Assembly: GCA_964016885.1 (NCBI GenBank)
Contig: OZ024743.1
Location: forward strand, 66,340,001 to 66,404,000
Reading direction: 5' to 3'
DNA length: 64,000 nucleotides
Source: Eledone cirrhosa
Taxonomy: Eukaryota
Shown: positions 14,660-33,048 of the stretch, in pieces
Layout: each line of letters begins with the position of its first letter
Numbering within the stretch: position 1 is the first letter of the stretch
Translations under genes and position numbers: made by a program
Notes under the pieces: generated by a model
What the model saw: the letters and a program-made list of their open reading frames with translations, nothing else
What the model was told of the DNA's origin: nothing
Database searches by the model: none

Positions 14660-16685
14660 ATATATTTCTTTATTTGCCACAAGGGCGCACAAGAAAAGGG
14701 GACAATACAAAGACACATACAGTCGTGTAAAAAAAAAATATAAAACAAACAATTATAACAATCGAAATCCCCAATAGGGAGGAGACGCCACAAATGGGTT
14801 GTTTAATACCCCGTCGATAGAACAACCCTCAACTTCAGGAGCGTGTTGTGCAAGTGCTCCCTTCTTCCTTTTGCTTTCTTCTTTAGCCTACAGGCTTATA
14901 AACAGAGAAGGCCCAATCACTCGGGCCATTTTCGCTTCATTCACCCACCTTTCAGTAAATTTACTGGGGTGCAGTTCCTTTCACTCCACTCTGATTCTTC
15001 TTCTAAAGTGATACTTAAAGAAGGCAATCAATTGTTGTCCGGAGAGAAAAGCATCTGTCCTCAGTCCTCTCAATCTCGTCCACCATATAACCTCTTTCAC
15101 CATAGCCACTGTACAGAGGAAAACTGCCTCTCTTTCGTTTTTGAAAGAGGCTGGCGATTTGATTCTTACTATGGACTCGGCAGTCAACTGGATTTATTCC
15201 ATACGCGACAGCAGTTGTTCTGCATAGTTCCACAGGTCGCTTACGCCCAGGCAGTGTACAATTGCGTGCAAGACGGTTTCAATGTCCTGCTCACATATTG
15301 CACACGTCCTCTTGGAAGGATCCGTGTCGGGGCGTCCGTGCCTGTAGATCTTATCTCGAACGGGTAGAGCTCCTCGGTAGCACTGCCAGGTCAGGTACCT
15401 TTGGAAGTCGTCCATAGGTCCCGGGCGGAAAGTCCTACCGAACAGACTGGTGAGCTCGTCGTCTTCGACGCCTAGAGTCCCCCCGAACATCTCGTCGCAC
15501 TTGTAAAGTACTAACCCTCTATAGAATGTCGAAGTGGAGTCTCCACTGATTGCTGTGCCCGCTTGACAGAGCACTGTGAGCGCCTGGGCGCATTCAATGT
15601 GCCAAGCGCCCATCTTCTTCGGTCTTCGCTTGACCCAGGACTGCAGCTCCGTCAGCGAGACAAGTTGTGGGAAGGCCTGTCTCACAAACGGTCCCCACAC
15701 CGGTTGGTCGGTGAGGAATACCTGAAGATGCCGTAGCCTCAGCGCATGTTTGCGCATCATTAGCCACAGCATGCCTTACCCTCCGTGGAAAGGGTGTTAA
15801 CAGCAGACGGATCTCCTCACCAGTGGAGCCTGCTTCTTCCACAGGAATTGGAAGAGCATGCGTTCCATCTTGGTGAGGTATTCACGGGGACAAGGCACGA
15901 CAGTCAAGAGGTAGTAGATGACGGATGCTATGAAAGTGTTCGCCACCTCCGCTCGACCTTTCAAAGACAGTTTGCACTCTGCCCACTTCTGGGTGAGCGC
16001 AAATACCTTAGCCATGACCTCGTTCCAGTTTTTCTCCACCTGGACGTTTGGACCGAACCAGACCCCGAGCAATTTCACCGGTCCTTCCGTCCAGCGCCCG
16101 ACGACGCTGTCGGACGGCATCGGTTTGCCTCTCCACGTTCCGAGTTGCAAACCGACAGACTTGTCCGTGTTCAGTTTTGCTCCTGTGAACCTTTCGTATT
16201 CCTGTCGTAAGTTGCCGATTACCTCGATTTCCGAGGTTTTCGACACCATTACCGTCACGTCGTCGACATAAGCCGACGCCGCTTTTCGTAGTCCCGGTTC
16301 TAAAGGGATGCCCTGCAAAAGCTCCAACTTCCGCAGTAGTGGCTCTAGAGTCAATACGTACAGAATGGAGGAGAGAGGGAATCCCTGTCGAATGGAACGC
16401 GTGATTGCGAACCGCTCCGATAGGTAGCCGTTCACCTTGACCTTCGAGCAGATGCTAGTGTGCATCGCCTTGATCCAACCTCTGAAAACGGGAACGAAAC
16501 CGGCCGCCTTGAGAACCGCTTCCAAATATCGATGGTCGACCCTATCGAATGCCTTAGACTGATCTAAATTGATCAGAGCCCCACCGAAGCCGGGTTTACA
16601 CCCCAACCTCTCTATGATGTATTGCATGAGGTGGAGGTTGTCGTGTATGGACCTGGTCGGGATTGCACATGTTTGCGCTTTCCCT
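14660..16685 (-). mobile_element. 5'-truncated Tx1/L1-clade element (RT, zinc finger, 3' UTR), paralogous to 4575-10215
   Basis: LINLDQSKAFDRVDH, RQGFPLS, AYVDDV, CAIC..ET..HAIVHC; AATAAA at the 3' end; (TCTA)n-like sequence on both sides. Confidence 0.92.
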
Positions 16686-16996
16686 ATAGATAGATTGATT
16701 GATATATAGATATATAGATAGATAGATAGATTGATAGATAGATAGATAAAATTTATACTCAAACCTACACTAAACAGTTGATTTAATTCATTAGAAGCTG
16801 ATTTGCACAACTCACAAGTACCCAAATCGGTCGCAATGTTTATAAAATACACAATATCATATATCTTGCTTATTTTCTGGAATTAATTTACTGAACTTCA
16901 GCAATTTACGTGTATACGTACACCCTACATTTTATGTGGGTTTGTGTTAGTGTGTATTTGTGAGTGTGTGAGTGTGTGAGTGTGTGTATATAAGTA

Positions 16997-17255
<259 letters not shown>

Positions 17256-17284
17256 CACACACACAGACACACGCACATACACAC

Positions 17285-17329
<45 letters not shown>

Positions 17330-17633
17330 TATTACACGTATGTTTTCGAGTACGTGGCCCTTTGTGTGTGTTATGTGTCAGTATGTGTTTCTATATATGT
17401 TAGAATCTGATGAAGCAGAGGTATGATTAATTAAAGGCATTCAAGCCATGATATTTCTCTTTCTTTTCTCTGCACTGGTAGCCCTATGACCCATTATCCA
17501 ATGTGGTATGTTTCTATAATATTTGGGTGTGATTTGAGGGAAATTTGGATGTAATCTACAGCAGGTTTTGAATCTACGTAGAGGTACTCTCATTAGCTCA
17601 ATTTGCTTGTGAGTGTATATATATATAGGATAT

Positions 17634-17703
<70 letters not shown>

Positions 17704-17755
17704 GTATATATATGTGTGTGTGTGTGTGTATATTTATATGTATATATATATATAC

Positions 17756-17786
<31 letters not shown>

Positions 17787-17794
17787 TATATATA

Positions 17795-17871
<77 letters not shown>

Positions 17872-18374
17872 ACACATATATACACACACATATATAGGAT
17901 ATATACATGTATATATATATTGTATGTGTACTATATGTATTGTAAGTATTGTGTGTTGTTTATTTCTCTATTTGTTTATGTATGTGTATATAGGCAAACA
18001 TGTTTGTCTATGAGCGTGAACTGGTGTGTGTATGTATTTATACATATTCGTTTGTGTGTGTATCTATATATGTGTGTGCGCGCATGGTCTACCACCGTTC
18101 TTGTTTGTTTACTCCCTAGCCAACCTAAACCCGAAGAAATTTAAGTAAATCATAAACACAATTTATACTAACTGAACTCTAGAAAATAGTAACCAATTTT
18201 CCTCTTCACGAAGGACTGAACAAATCAACAAACAGAAGCCACTTTAACTAACATCAACACTAATCAAAAAAGAAGTCTCTACAGAGTCACATACATGTTA
18301 AAAATAGCAGCCATTTCTTTCTCAAAGAAGAACATAGTGTATGAATGTAGTCATTGAAAGACGAGATAATTACA

Positions 18375-18655
18375 GGGCGAATTGGCAGTATCATTAGAAC
18401 TTTCGGACAACATGCTTTGCAGCATATAGTTATGGTTCTTTACAGTCTGAGTTCAAATCCTGCGGATGTTAATTTTGGGAAAAGGAAAGTCGATTAAATC
18501 TACCCCAGTATATTACTGGTACTTTATTTGATGAAAGGCAAAGCTAACATCGACGTAATGAAAAGCAAAGCTAACCTCAGAACGTAAAGGGCCGTAACTC
18601 TCTATCATGAAGCAAGGTTTTCGACGCTCTACCGATACTGCTAACTTAACGCCCT
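18375..18655. mobile_element. Two SINE fragments in opposite orientation
   Basis: + copy (tggcagtatc...ctgagttcaaatcc) followed by a minus copy (gtcgattaaatc...accgatactgc). Confidence 0.7.
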
Positions 18656-20059
18656 TCAATTCTAAACAATAATTTGTTCTCTATGTGGTTGCATGGCCTG
18701 CTAGTTATAGCAGCAACATCTCCATATCACAAGCACATTTTTTTCAAAAGAATTGAAATACTCATCGAATGGTATTGCCCTTTATAAATTATGTATAAAA
18801 AACTTATTGGAAACAGCATGGTCACAGTTGGAGCAATGTATAGCTCAGGGTATTACATCAATAAGGAATTGACAATTAGTCAATACTTAACATTGCTCAT
18901 TGTTATGTATTATTGTAAAAAAGAAGGGTTTGTTTTGCATGGTTGTAAAAGTTGTAGAGCATGTATAACAGTTGGCAGTAAAACTCAAAATTGATTATAA
19001 CTCAAGCTTATCTCAACTTGATTGGACTGATTCTACACAATATTTCATGCACTAGAACAACGAACGCGGTAGAGTGACTTCAAACGTGTTTAAAATCCTT
19101 TGATATCCCGAATATGTTATCTCTACTGCACAAATAGCTAATTTTAATTGCAACCTTTTTATAACACAAAGGTTATAAACAGGTTGCAAACTGGTGTTTT
19201 GAGGTGTTACATAAAAAAAAGAAACCCAATTCCTATTCAAATCAGACCTTGCCGCCATAAAAAAATATGACATCTTGCATATAGATAATGTAGTTCTTAA
19301 ATACACTATGTCTTGAAAAGAGATGACGGGGCGGTCAGGATTGGAGCACATTTGACCATTTGAACTCAGAACGCCGAGAACCTGAACTAATACCACAAAA
19401 CATTATATTCAATGTTCTAACGAGTCTCTCAATTTTAAACAGATTGTCCTTCTTGTTACCTAAGCCAAGATCAGCATAAAAATGACAATCTGTTTAAAAT
19501 TAAGTAATACTGATTCACAGCAGCAAATCCCGCAGGGGTCAACTTTACCTTTCATCCTTCCGAGGACGATAACAAAATACCTGTCTAGTACTGGGGTCGA
19601 TTCTTTCTCTATATTTCTTTCACATTTTTTCACTCTCATTCGTTCTCTTTCTCAGAAAGAAATCTGCTATTCAGACCTGGATATATATGGGTTGAGCCGA
19701 GTTTTAAAATGCCTAAGAAACACTATATGGCCCAACGACACTCTGTCGACTCTAACAGATATTACAGGCTCCCAAATAAACTATAAAACTGTTCTTAGAG
19801 ATTTTAGAATGATTTGTCATGTTATTTCTGAGATTTCAAGTAACCGCATATACCGGCGAAATATATGTTGCAACAAGAAGTTATTGTTTGCTATCATAAA
19901 CAGCGGCAGTACTATATATTTGCTGAATGTTTCGTTTCTTAGCTTTGATCAACTGAAATCTTTACTGATATAGTTTGGGAGATCAAGTCAGTTAATCATT
20001 CATTTATAATAGAAGAGAAAACACACACAAACACAAACATGCATATATCATAGCTTTAT

Positions 20060-20131
<72 letters not shown>

Positions 20132-20159
20132 CAGAGAGAGAGAGAGAGAGGGAGAGAGT

Positions 20160-20199
<40 letters not shown>

Positions 20200-20307
20200 G
20201 AGAGAGAGAGTGGGAGAGGGAGAGGGAGAGGGAGAGGGAGAGAGGGAGAGAGAGAGGGAGAGAGAGAAGAGAATACGACAAAAATTGAGAATATTGATAA
20301 TGAAAGT

Positions 20308-20348
20308 CTGTTTATAACGTTTCGGTGTAAACCCTTCATCAGATGGCA
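20308..20348 (-). ncRNA. Minimal hammerhead motif
   Basis: cat-CTGATGA-agggtttacacc-GAAA-c-GTT; stem I eroded. Confidence 0.55.
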
Positions 20349-20574
20349 GAAAGAGGAAGAAAAATATAGAAAGCTAGGAGAGAAGAAATGCAATGAGAGA
20401 GTTGACAAAGCGTGTAAACACAGTATATATATACATTATCATCATGTTATGTCCGCTTATCATGCTCATATACAAGATAGATTTAATGTAGCTATAACTA
20501 CAGTTTCTGTCACTCTAACAAATTAATCAGCTGTAATATTTGTACGTTATTGTAATCACTATCGGTTCCGACGA

Positions 20575-20845
20575 CTGGTGTCCCACTGGATTCGATCAAC
20601 AGAGCACCCTGCACTTGTAAGAGCTCGTACATTCCACAGTTTTCAGTGGGATTCAACGAGACACATTGTGTGACAAATCTGGCCCTTTGAATTACAAGTA
20701 CAACTTATTTTTTTACTGACCTAGTGGACCGGAACAGCGTGAAATAAAACGCCTTGCTGAAAGACATAACGCCTTACCGGAAATCGGGGAATCGAACTCA
20801 TGTCGTTACAAACGTGAACCGAATTCCGTGACAACTAAGACATGT
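20575..20845 (-). mobile_element. Second tRNA-headed SINE family
   Basis: Minus strand gagttcgattccc (B box) followed by a cagcaaggcgttttatttcacgctgttccggtccac central domain; related segment at ~55870-55990. Confidence 0.6.
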
Positions 20846-20890
20846 ATGTATAGATGTGAGAAAAACCACAGACCCTCCATCTGAACTCTA

Positions 20891-20927
20891 CTTTTGAAAA
20901 GCAAAAGAACTGCGAAACCGGTAAAGG
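20891..20927 (+). ncRNA. Minimal hammerhead with U3-A8 variant core
   Basis: ctt-TTGAAAA-gca aaagaac tgc-GAAA-ccg-GTA-aag; palindromic ACCGGT at stem III. Confidence 0.7.
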
Positions 20928-20995
20928 AACGAAATAAATAAATATATTTTTTTTTAAATAAGACTCCAGTTGCATTTTCGATTTCATCCTTTTTT

Positions 20996-21056
<61 letters not shown>

Positions 21057-21058
<2 letters not shown>

Positions 21059-21378
21059 AAAAGTTTTATTTAAAATTGTTGGGTTACAACAAGTAAATAT
21101 TTTATAACTGATATAAAGCACTCGACAAGTTTTGGAGTAGATATACGATATTAAACAAATGGAAACTATATTTATAAAACCATATTTATTTCATTATACA
21201 ATTCGGTGATACCATATGTAGAAAAATATGGACATGCCTTCTCATATAAAATATAAAACTGTTTATATATTGTATTTTATCTGAAGAAGGCATGCCATAT
21301 TTTTAATATGGTATCCCCGAAATATGTATAATGAAATAAATATGGTTTTATAAATATAGTTTCCATTTGTTTAATATC

Positions 21379-21379
<1 letters not shown>
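21057..21379. mobile_element. Fold-back HHR element; arms ~21146-21255 / 21270-21379, tail on the left
   Basis: HHR 21275-21336: ttttat-CTGAAGA-aggcatgccatatt..aatatggtatcccc-GAAA-tatgt-ATA-atgaaa; (TA)n on both sides. Confidence 0.85.
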
Positions 21380-21428
<49 letters not shown>

Positions 21429-21430
<2 letters not shown>

Positions 21431-21790
21431 GATAACAAGTTATCGTTATAGATAATCCAGTTAGAGTACTCCGCGTCGTCGTGGATAGTTTTAACGTACG
21501 GCTTTGTTTGGCTCAACAAGATGTTTCCATAGTTATGCAGCGAGTTCGCGGTAATTTCTATGCAGGTTATACTTGGAGTAATAATAGTTAAAGAAAGAAA
21601 AGTAACATGGTTGGCTGTACAATAAGGGCTTTATGTGTTGACCAGTGGTAAACAATGTATTGGAGATCGATTGACGCAACCTCAAGCGATTAGCGAACTC
21701 TAGACACACCTGATCAACGAAACAATTGTCAGTACTTTAAATAAAGCCCTTATTGTACAGCCAACCATGTTACTCTTCTTTCTTTAACTA
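21429..21790. mobile_element. Fold-back pLTR element related to the PLE at 22484
   Basis: 21429-21635 aligns with 22485-22700; inverted arms 21586-21634 / 21741-21790; GAAAcaattGTC half-HHR. Confidence 0.8.
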
Positions 21791-21798
21791 TATATATA

Positions 21799-21843
21799 TA
21801 CAGGACTAGAACTGTTTCATTCGGTAGAAATCATCAGGAAGCC
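21799..21843 (-). ncRNA. Hammerhead 5' product ending at its GUA cleavage triplet
   Basis: gcttc-CTGATGA-tttctaccgaat-GAAA-cag ttctagtc ctg-TA then (TA)n; same family as 61112-61322. Confidence 0.75.
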
Positions 21844-22451
21844 GTATTTCTAAGTAGTATGGTGCTATTTATACCTTTTCTGGTGGTAGGAGAGTGTGGT
21901 GATTGGGATGGGTAGAGGGCATTGGTTGATGGATTTAAAGAAAAGGGAATTCTTTAAAAGCTATATTTAGAGTAACAAAGGCAGAAAAATTAAAATGCAA
22001 CAAATGGGAGACAAACGACATTCTCAAGAAGACCGATCATTGAACAATAATAAAGTAAACTATGTTACATGGAGTGAATCCATTTGAGTGCGCGTACAGC
22101 ACGTACAGGCATTACACAACGTTGCTCAGCAAACAATCACTGATCTGAAATATGGGATCGCATCACAGATTTGAACACATATGTGGTGATTTCCCCATCC
22201 CTTTTCACCTTTCTCTCCCTCTCACACATATACAGAGAGAGACACCTCAATCCATATACATCTCTCCACATCTCTCAATCGACACATACACATCCACACC
22301 TCCCAATCTCCCCCTCTACATCTCTCAATCCTAAGTATATAGATGTATACATGTATATATATACTTATAGGTGTCCCCCAAAATGTATACTCACTTTGAT
22401 TAGAATGCTGTTGAAGTGTGTATACATTTTTCGCCCCCCCCTCTCTCTCTC

Positions 22452-27137
<4,686 letters not shown>

Positions 27138-27205
27138 GAGAGAGAAAATGTGAAATTGGAAATAGCACGGAAAATATATTTAAGGGTCTGTTTTTCTTTT
27201 TTATC

Positions 27206-27263
<58 letters not shown>

Positions 27264-27269
<6 letters not shown>

Positions 27270-27542
27270 TAATAGATTAAAATAATAGATTAAAGTTTAA
27301 GCAAAGAATCGGTGCTTTCACCTTTAACGGGATCTTCTGAAACTAAAAAAAGTCAATCTGTGAACGCAGAAGTAAATATTTCAAAAAACGTTGCATCCGG
27401 AGGAAGACAGGAAGACGAAACTTTGGTTCATGGAAAAATATAACAAAGGCATATAATAGACAAAATCCATGGGGCTGAAAAGCAGAGACATGAGGGCGAC
27501 CGAACATTTAGCAGCTTCTACCCCGGTCGGCCGCCCTAAAGT

Positions 27543-27550
<8 letters not shown>
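27264..27550 (-). mobile_element. 'CAGAAGA' HHR family, short-end copy (HHR 27294-27344)
   Basis: agttt-CAGAAGA-tcccgttaaaggt-GAAA-gca..tgc-TT-aaact; joined to (TA)n. Confidence 0.75.
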
Positions 27551-27599
<49 letters not shown>

Positions 27600-28126
27600 C
27601 GTCTAGATTGCCGTTTATTCGAAGACATGTCCACAAAAAGAGTTGTAATCAAATATATCAGACAAAAAAATAGGACTCAATAGAAATGACCAATCTAATT
27701 AACAAATGCAGATTCATCAGCCGTGTATCTAATTGATTAAACAATATTTATCTACGTACAATACAATGTATAATTGTAAATCTCAGATTAATCTAATGGA
27801 AGTACATGTCTTTGTTATAATTGCTGTAAAAATTTAAACAAATGTGAAAATATTTTGTTTTTTTATTTGTAGACAATTGCATTTTCGCAACTTAATGTCT
27901 TAAATTGTTGAGGTTAGCTAATTGGCTGTGAAACATACAAGAACAATGTCCTATGTAATTTATTTTTCACATTTGTTGAAATGTACACATCTAGGCGTAT
28001 AAACTACAGTTTTGCCTACATTAAACTTATCTATTAAATTTCTAAACACGCTCTATAAATAGTTCTCGGAGACACACAGACAGAAACGCACGCACATGCA
28101 CACACATGCACGCAATCATGCGCAGG

Positions 28127-28197
<71 letters not shown>

Positions 28198-28464
28198 TTT
28201 TTTTATGCTCATACACGGAACAAAACCGCAACCCAAGGTTACTTAGGCCCAATAATATACAAGCACCTTAAAATAAGTTACAAATTTGATGCCTCTTGTA
28301 TTCTATTGGAAAAATTGGAAAAATATCGGAATAAATCGATTAAAATTCAATGAAATACAGAGATTGAAAACGAAAGACACGGTGAAATAGATCGAGAGTG
28401 AGAGAGAGAAAGAGAAAGAGAGAGAGGGAGAGAGTGAGAGAAAGAGAGAGTATATATATATATA

Positions 28465-28619
28465 TAAGTAAGTATGTTTTGAAACAGTGCGCGAGTTTGA
28501 AATTAGAAATATAACCTTTCACCGTATTTTTGACTAAAGAAATTTTTAGCCTCATAGTGGGGTTTTAGAACCCTCAGAGAAATGGGAAAAAATGTCTTTA
28601 GTCAAAGCTACGGTGAAAG

Positions 28620-28622
<3 letters not shown>
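28465..28622. mobile_element. Small fold-back element between TA tracts
   Basis: Inverted arms ~28509-28547 / 28587-28625; no clear HHR core. Confidence 0.55.
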
Positions 28623-28683
<61 letters not shown>

Positions 28684-28788
28684 TAAACGGAATAAAAAAG
28701 CTGATAAATTGTTCACAGTGAAAAATAGTTTAATTAGGAATAAGTGAGAATTAGTAATGGTATTGGTTAGTATTAAGTTTTGGTTTTA

Positions 28789-28827
28789 AGTTTTACCGGT
28801 TGCACATTTCTAATGCTTTTCAAAAAT
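28789..28827 (-). ncRNA. Degenerate hammerhead with U3-A8 core
   Basis: ttt-TTGAAAA-gcattagaaatgt-GCAA-ccg-GTA-aaa; GAAA mutated to GCAA. Confidence 0.5.
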
Positions 28828-29188
28828 AATTTTGAGATAGAGCGTCCGTGATGTTTGCTCTGATCTGGTTAGTTTTGGGAATTCTACCTGTTTTTATGTT
28901 AAAAAAGTGGCTACAGCGGTATTAAAATAAGGTTTGCGCCAATTCGTGTTGCAAAAATTCTTGTGGTCAAAACAATTTTGATTGGTCGGTAGAGGTGATG
29001 TGAATGTAAAAAATTGATTTTGCGCCAAATGTAGGTTTGTGTCGGCTGACTGAGAGATAAGTCTTTCACAACAAATATGTGTGTGTGTGTGTGTGTAGTA
29101 GTAGTAAAGAGGTTCGTTGTTGTGATAATGGTCAGCAGGGATGTGTGTGCGACCCGCAGACTGTTGACAGTTCAAATGCCTATTAAGA

Positions 29189-29251
<63 letters not shown>

Positions 29252-29504
29252 CAGAGTAATTCGTGGTAGAGGGATGGTCAGTAGGAATGTGTCTGTAAGT
29301 GTGTGGGGGATATTTTAACATGTTAAAAGATATTTTTTCAGCTCTTGTCTTATACGGAGAAGTGTGTGTGTGTATGTGTGTATGTCTCTTTGTATGTTAA
29401 TGTACGCGTGTGTATGTGTGTGTGTATATAGATGTGTGTGTGTGCGTGTGTGAGAAAATATGTGTGTGTGTGTGTGTGTGGGTGGATCAGTGTTCATTTC
29501 TGGT

Positions 29505-30388
29505 AAAATGGTGTACACTTCAACATCCCCCACAACCTAGAAATAGAAGCTATCCAATTCTGGCTGAATAATCACCACAATGAACTCCCACAACGCATCA
29601 AAAAAGAATTCGTGATAGAGGGACTCAAATTCATCTTGGAGAACAATTACTTCGTTTTCAATAACAAACCCTACAGGCAGAAATCTGGGACCGCTATGGG
29701 AACGAAAACAGCCCCCACTTATGCCAACCTAGTCATGGGATACCTGGAAATCACCCTCTACACTAAAGTCCTAAACTAAAAGCTCTTCCATACATCTCCA
29801 AACACAACCCCCTCAACAATGAGGCCTTAGACACAATCCTCCAGAACATCCCTGTGTTGAAAAAGGAATGAACCAAATCTACGAACACACGATATCATAA
29901 AGAGCAAAAGACAATTTAAGTCAATGAAAAACAGCCTAACACATGCCAAAGTACTGCCAACCACAACAACGAAACCCACAGTAAAAAAATGCGATAGACC
30001 CAACTGTGGAATTTGCATCAACCTAATAGAGGGTTAGGAATTCTATTTCAAAGAAGGACAACGTTTTATAGTAAAACACAATTTAACATACGCATCAGAA
30101 AATCTAATATATGTATTAACTTGCTCAGGTTGTCGAGAACAATACATAGGCCAGACCCAAAACAGCCTCCGCCAACGCATGACTGTCCATAGATCCCAAA
30201 TTAAAATACGGGAATACAGGAAAATACCACTGAGTGAACACATTGATACCTGTGCCGCCCAAAATCATCCCAACTTCAGAATCTTTCCCCTCTACAAATT
30301 TAAAGATAACGTCACCCACACCCAGCGCATCAGCAAGGAATCTTACTTTATTAACAAATACGGACCCCGTCTAAACACTTCTCCCTAA
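29505..30388 (+). pseudogene. Penelope-like (Neptune-type) RT/GIY-YIG remnant, 5'-truncated and internally deleted
   Basis: NNYFVFNNKPYRQKSGTAMGTKTAPTYANLVMG; CDRPNCGIC linker; NLIYVLTCSGCREQYIGQT..LRQRMTVH..PRLN. Confidence 0.88.
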
Positions 30389-30547
30389 GACGAACCAACA
30401 ACATACACACGTCTACATACATACCTACATCAGCATACATCTCTACCCACATATAAATACAATGACATACGTAAACACACATGATGTCTATAGATATAAA
30501 CGTGCTGACGCACACACATACATAAACGCACACATGCATTGCACACT

Positions 30548-31612
30548 AATATCTATGATCTTCGGCAAATCACTGATGAGGGACTTATTTTATTACATGT
30601 TACCCATGTGCTACCTGCAGTATTTTTCTCTATATTTTAATACATATATTTACCACTGCGATTCTGTGTTTTTTCTCTCTCTCTTACTGTTCCCCCATTC
30701 TCTCTGTTTCTCCCCCTCTGTCTTGTCCGTTAACTCTTCCTCACACTTTCACTCACTCACTGTTTTTCTCCCTCTTTTCTTCATTTCATCCTGCACTCAC
30801 GAACGCTATTTTTTCTCTCTCTGCTCATAGCCCTCGTTCGTGTAGGTTCTATTCTCTAAGCGCTCATATATTCACCTAGCTTACGCTAAACAGAATAATT
30901 TTTGAAGCTTGTTTCTCCCCTACGGTATGCTATATTTTCTGTTGTTCTCCTGTCTCACTCGCTTTACGCGTTTTAATTGTCCTAATAACTTATTTTGGTT
31001 ATTATTGCACCGAAGTGAGATATATGATTTTTAATGCAATGAAATATCTATGATCTTCGGCAAATCACTGATGAGGACTTATTTTATTACATGTTACCCA
31101 TGTGCTACCTGCAGTATTTTTCTCTATATTTTAATACATATATTTACCACTGCGATTCTGTGTTTTTTCTCTCTCTCTTACTGTTCCCCCCTTCTCTCTG
31201 TTTCTCCCCCTCTGTCTTGTCCGTTAACTCTTCCTCACACTTTCACTCACTCACTGTTTTTCTCCCTCTTCTCTTCATTTCATCCTGCACTCACGAACGC
31301 TATTTTTTCTCTCTCTGCTCATAGCCCTCGTTCGTGTAGGTTCTATTCTCTAAGCGCTCATATATTCACCTAGCTTACGCTAAACAGAATAATTTTTGAA
31401 GCTTGTTTCTCCCCTACGGTATGCTATATTTTCTGTTGTTCTCCTGTCTCACTCGCTTTACGCGTTTTAATTGTCCTAATAACTTATTTTGGTTATTATT
31501 GCACCGAAGTGAGATATATGATTTTTAATGCAATGAAATATCTATGATCTTCGGCAAATCACTGATGAGGGACTTATTTTATTACATGTTACCCATGTGC
31601 TACCTGCAGTAT
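30548..31612 (+). repeat. ~495-bp tandem repeat (2.1 copies) downstream of the PLE ORF, probably the pLTR
   Basis: ctgatgag landmarks at 30573, 31068 and 31562; near-identical units. Confidence 0.92.
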
Positions 31613-31613
31613 T

Positions 31614-31696
<83 letters not shown>

Positions 31697-31840
31697 GGGT
31701 GTCATGTCCGAGAGACATGCACCATATCCACTGTAGAATATGCTCAAGGATTCCAATGAATAGATCGGAGCATTTTATATCAACTAGAAATTGATTGACA
31801 TATATATATCTAAAATAGACATATTTATTTTAGATATATA

Positions 31841-32167
31841 CAAGAAGAATGGCCCGGCGTTGCTCGGGATTTGCTCTAGGGTTCTTATATATTTGATATA
31901 TATTTATCCTTCTCGGCCTCGTGATGTAAATGCGTTTGTTTATATTTTGTTACTGTGTATGCAAAAATATCTGTACACGAATATATAAATAACAGTACAG
32001 AGAAGTACGGAATACCTCGGCCTCGAGTTGGTGTCTACATTTTGTGCTTATAAAAAATTCGTCGTATATTACCAGGATTTTTTTACGTTCGAAGAAAATC
32101 AATACTTTATTTCGAAATAAATACTTTTGTTTATATGTGTATGCAAAAATATCCGTACAGGAATATA

Positions 32168-32240
<73 letters not shown>

Positions 32241-32277
32241 CTGTACAGATATTTTTGTATACACATATAAACAAAAG

Positions 32278-32353
<76 letters not shown>

Positions 32354-32468
32354 TAACAGATTAAAGTTTAAGCAAAGAATCGGTGCTTTCACCTTTAACG
32401 GGATCTTCAGAAACTAAAATAATAAATCTGTGAACGCAGAAGTAAATATTTCGAAAAACGTTACACAC

Positions 32469-32499
<31 letters not shown>

Positions 32500-32529
32500 T
32501 ATATAATACACACACACACACACTATATA

Positions 32530-32573
<44 letters not shown>

Positions 32574-33048
32574 GCACGCACGCACACACACACACACGCA
32601 CACGCACACGCACACACACACACACACTGCGTCATAATGACGTAATGCAGACAGCCAGGCATACAGACAGATACTATAATGGCGCAACGTTATATCTAAA
32701 TTTTCTTTGCTCAAAACACTCACGGGACCATAAGTATTACATGTGTAAAGTACCAGTAATGAACTGGGTAATTGGTGGCCTTGTGCCTAAAGTAGAAACA
32801 GTTATATCTAAGTATCTATCTAAAAAGAGAAAGACTAAGAATTATAGAGAGAGATCGCTAAATCGCCTAATGCCGTCCCTAGAGCATTGAAAATTTGAAA
32901 TTTTCTTTGCTCAAAATACTCACGGGACCATAAGTATTACATGTGTAAAGTTTGAAAAAGGTCAGTTTGGTGGTTCTCGAGTTTTAGTGATTGGACAGAC
33001 AGACAGACAGACAGAGAAACAGACATTCTCTGTTTTAGTAATATAGAT
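31841..33048 (+). mobile_element. Possible non-autonomous Helitron/Helentron-type element, interrupted
   Basis: 5' hairpin cccggcgttgctcggg; 3' gtgtaaagtttg..(GACA)n..tagtaatatagat resembles DINE-1/Lep1-type ends. Confidence 0.5.
32365..32415 (-). ncRNA. Hammerhead ribozyme, canonical-core copy of the 'CAGAAGA' family
   Basis: agttt-CTGAAGA-tcccgttaaaggt-GAAA-gcaccgattctttgc-TT-aaact. Confidence 0.7.

Noticed and set aside
30548-31612. True LTRs (also considered for 47030-48374)
   Set aside because: Head-to-tail units with no TG..CA ends, PBS/PPT or gag-pol.
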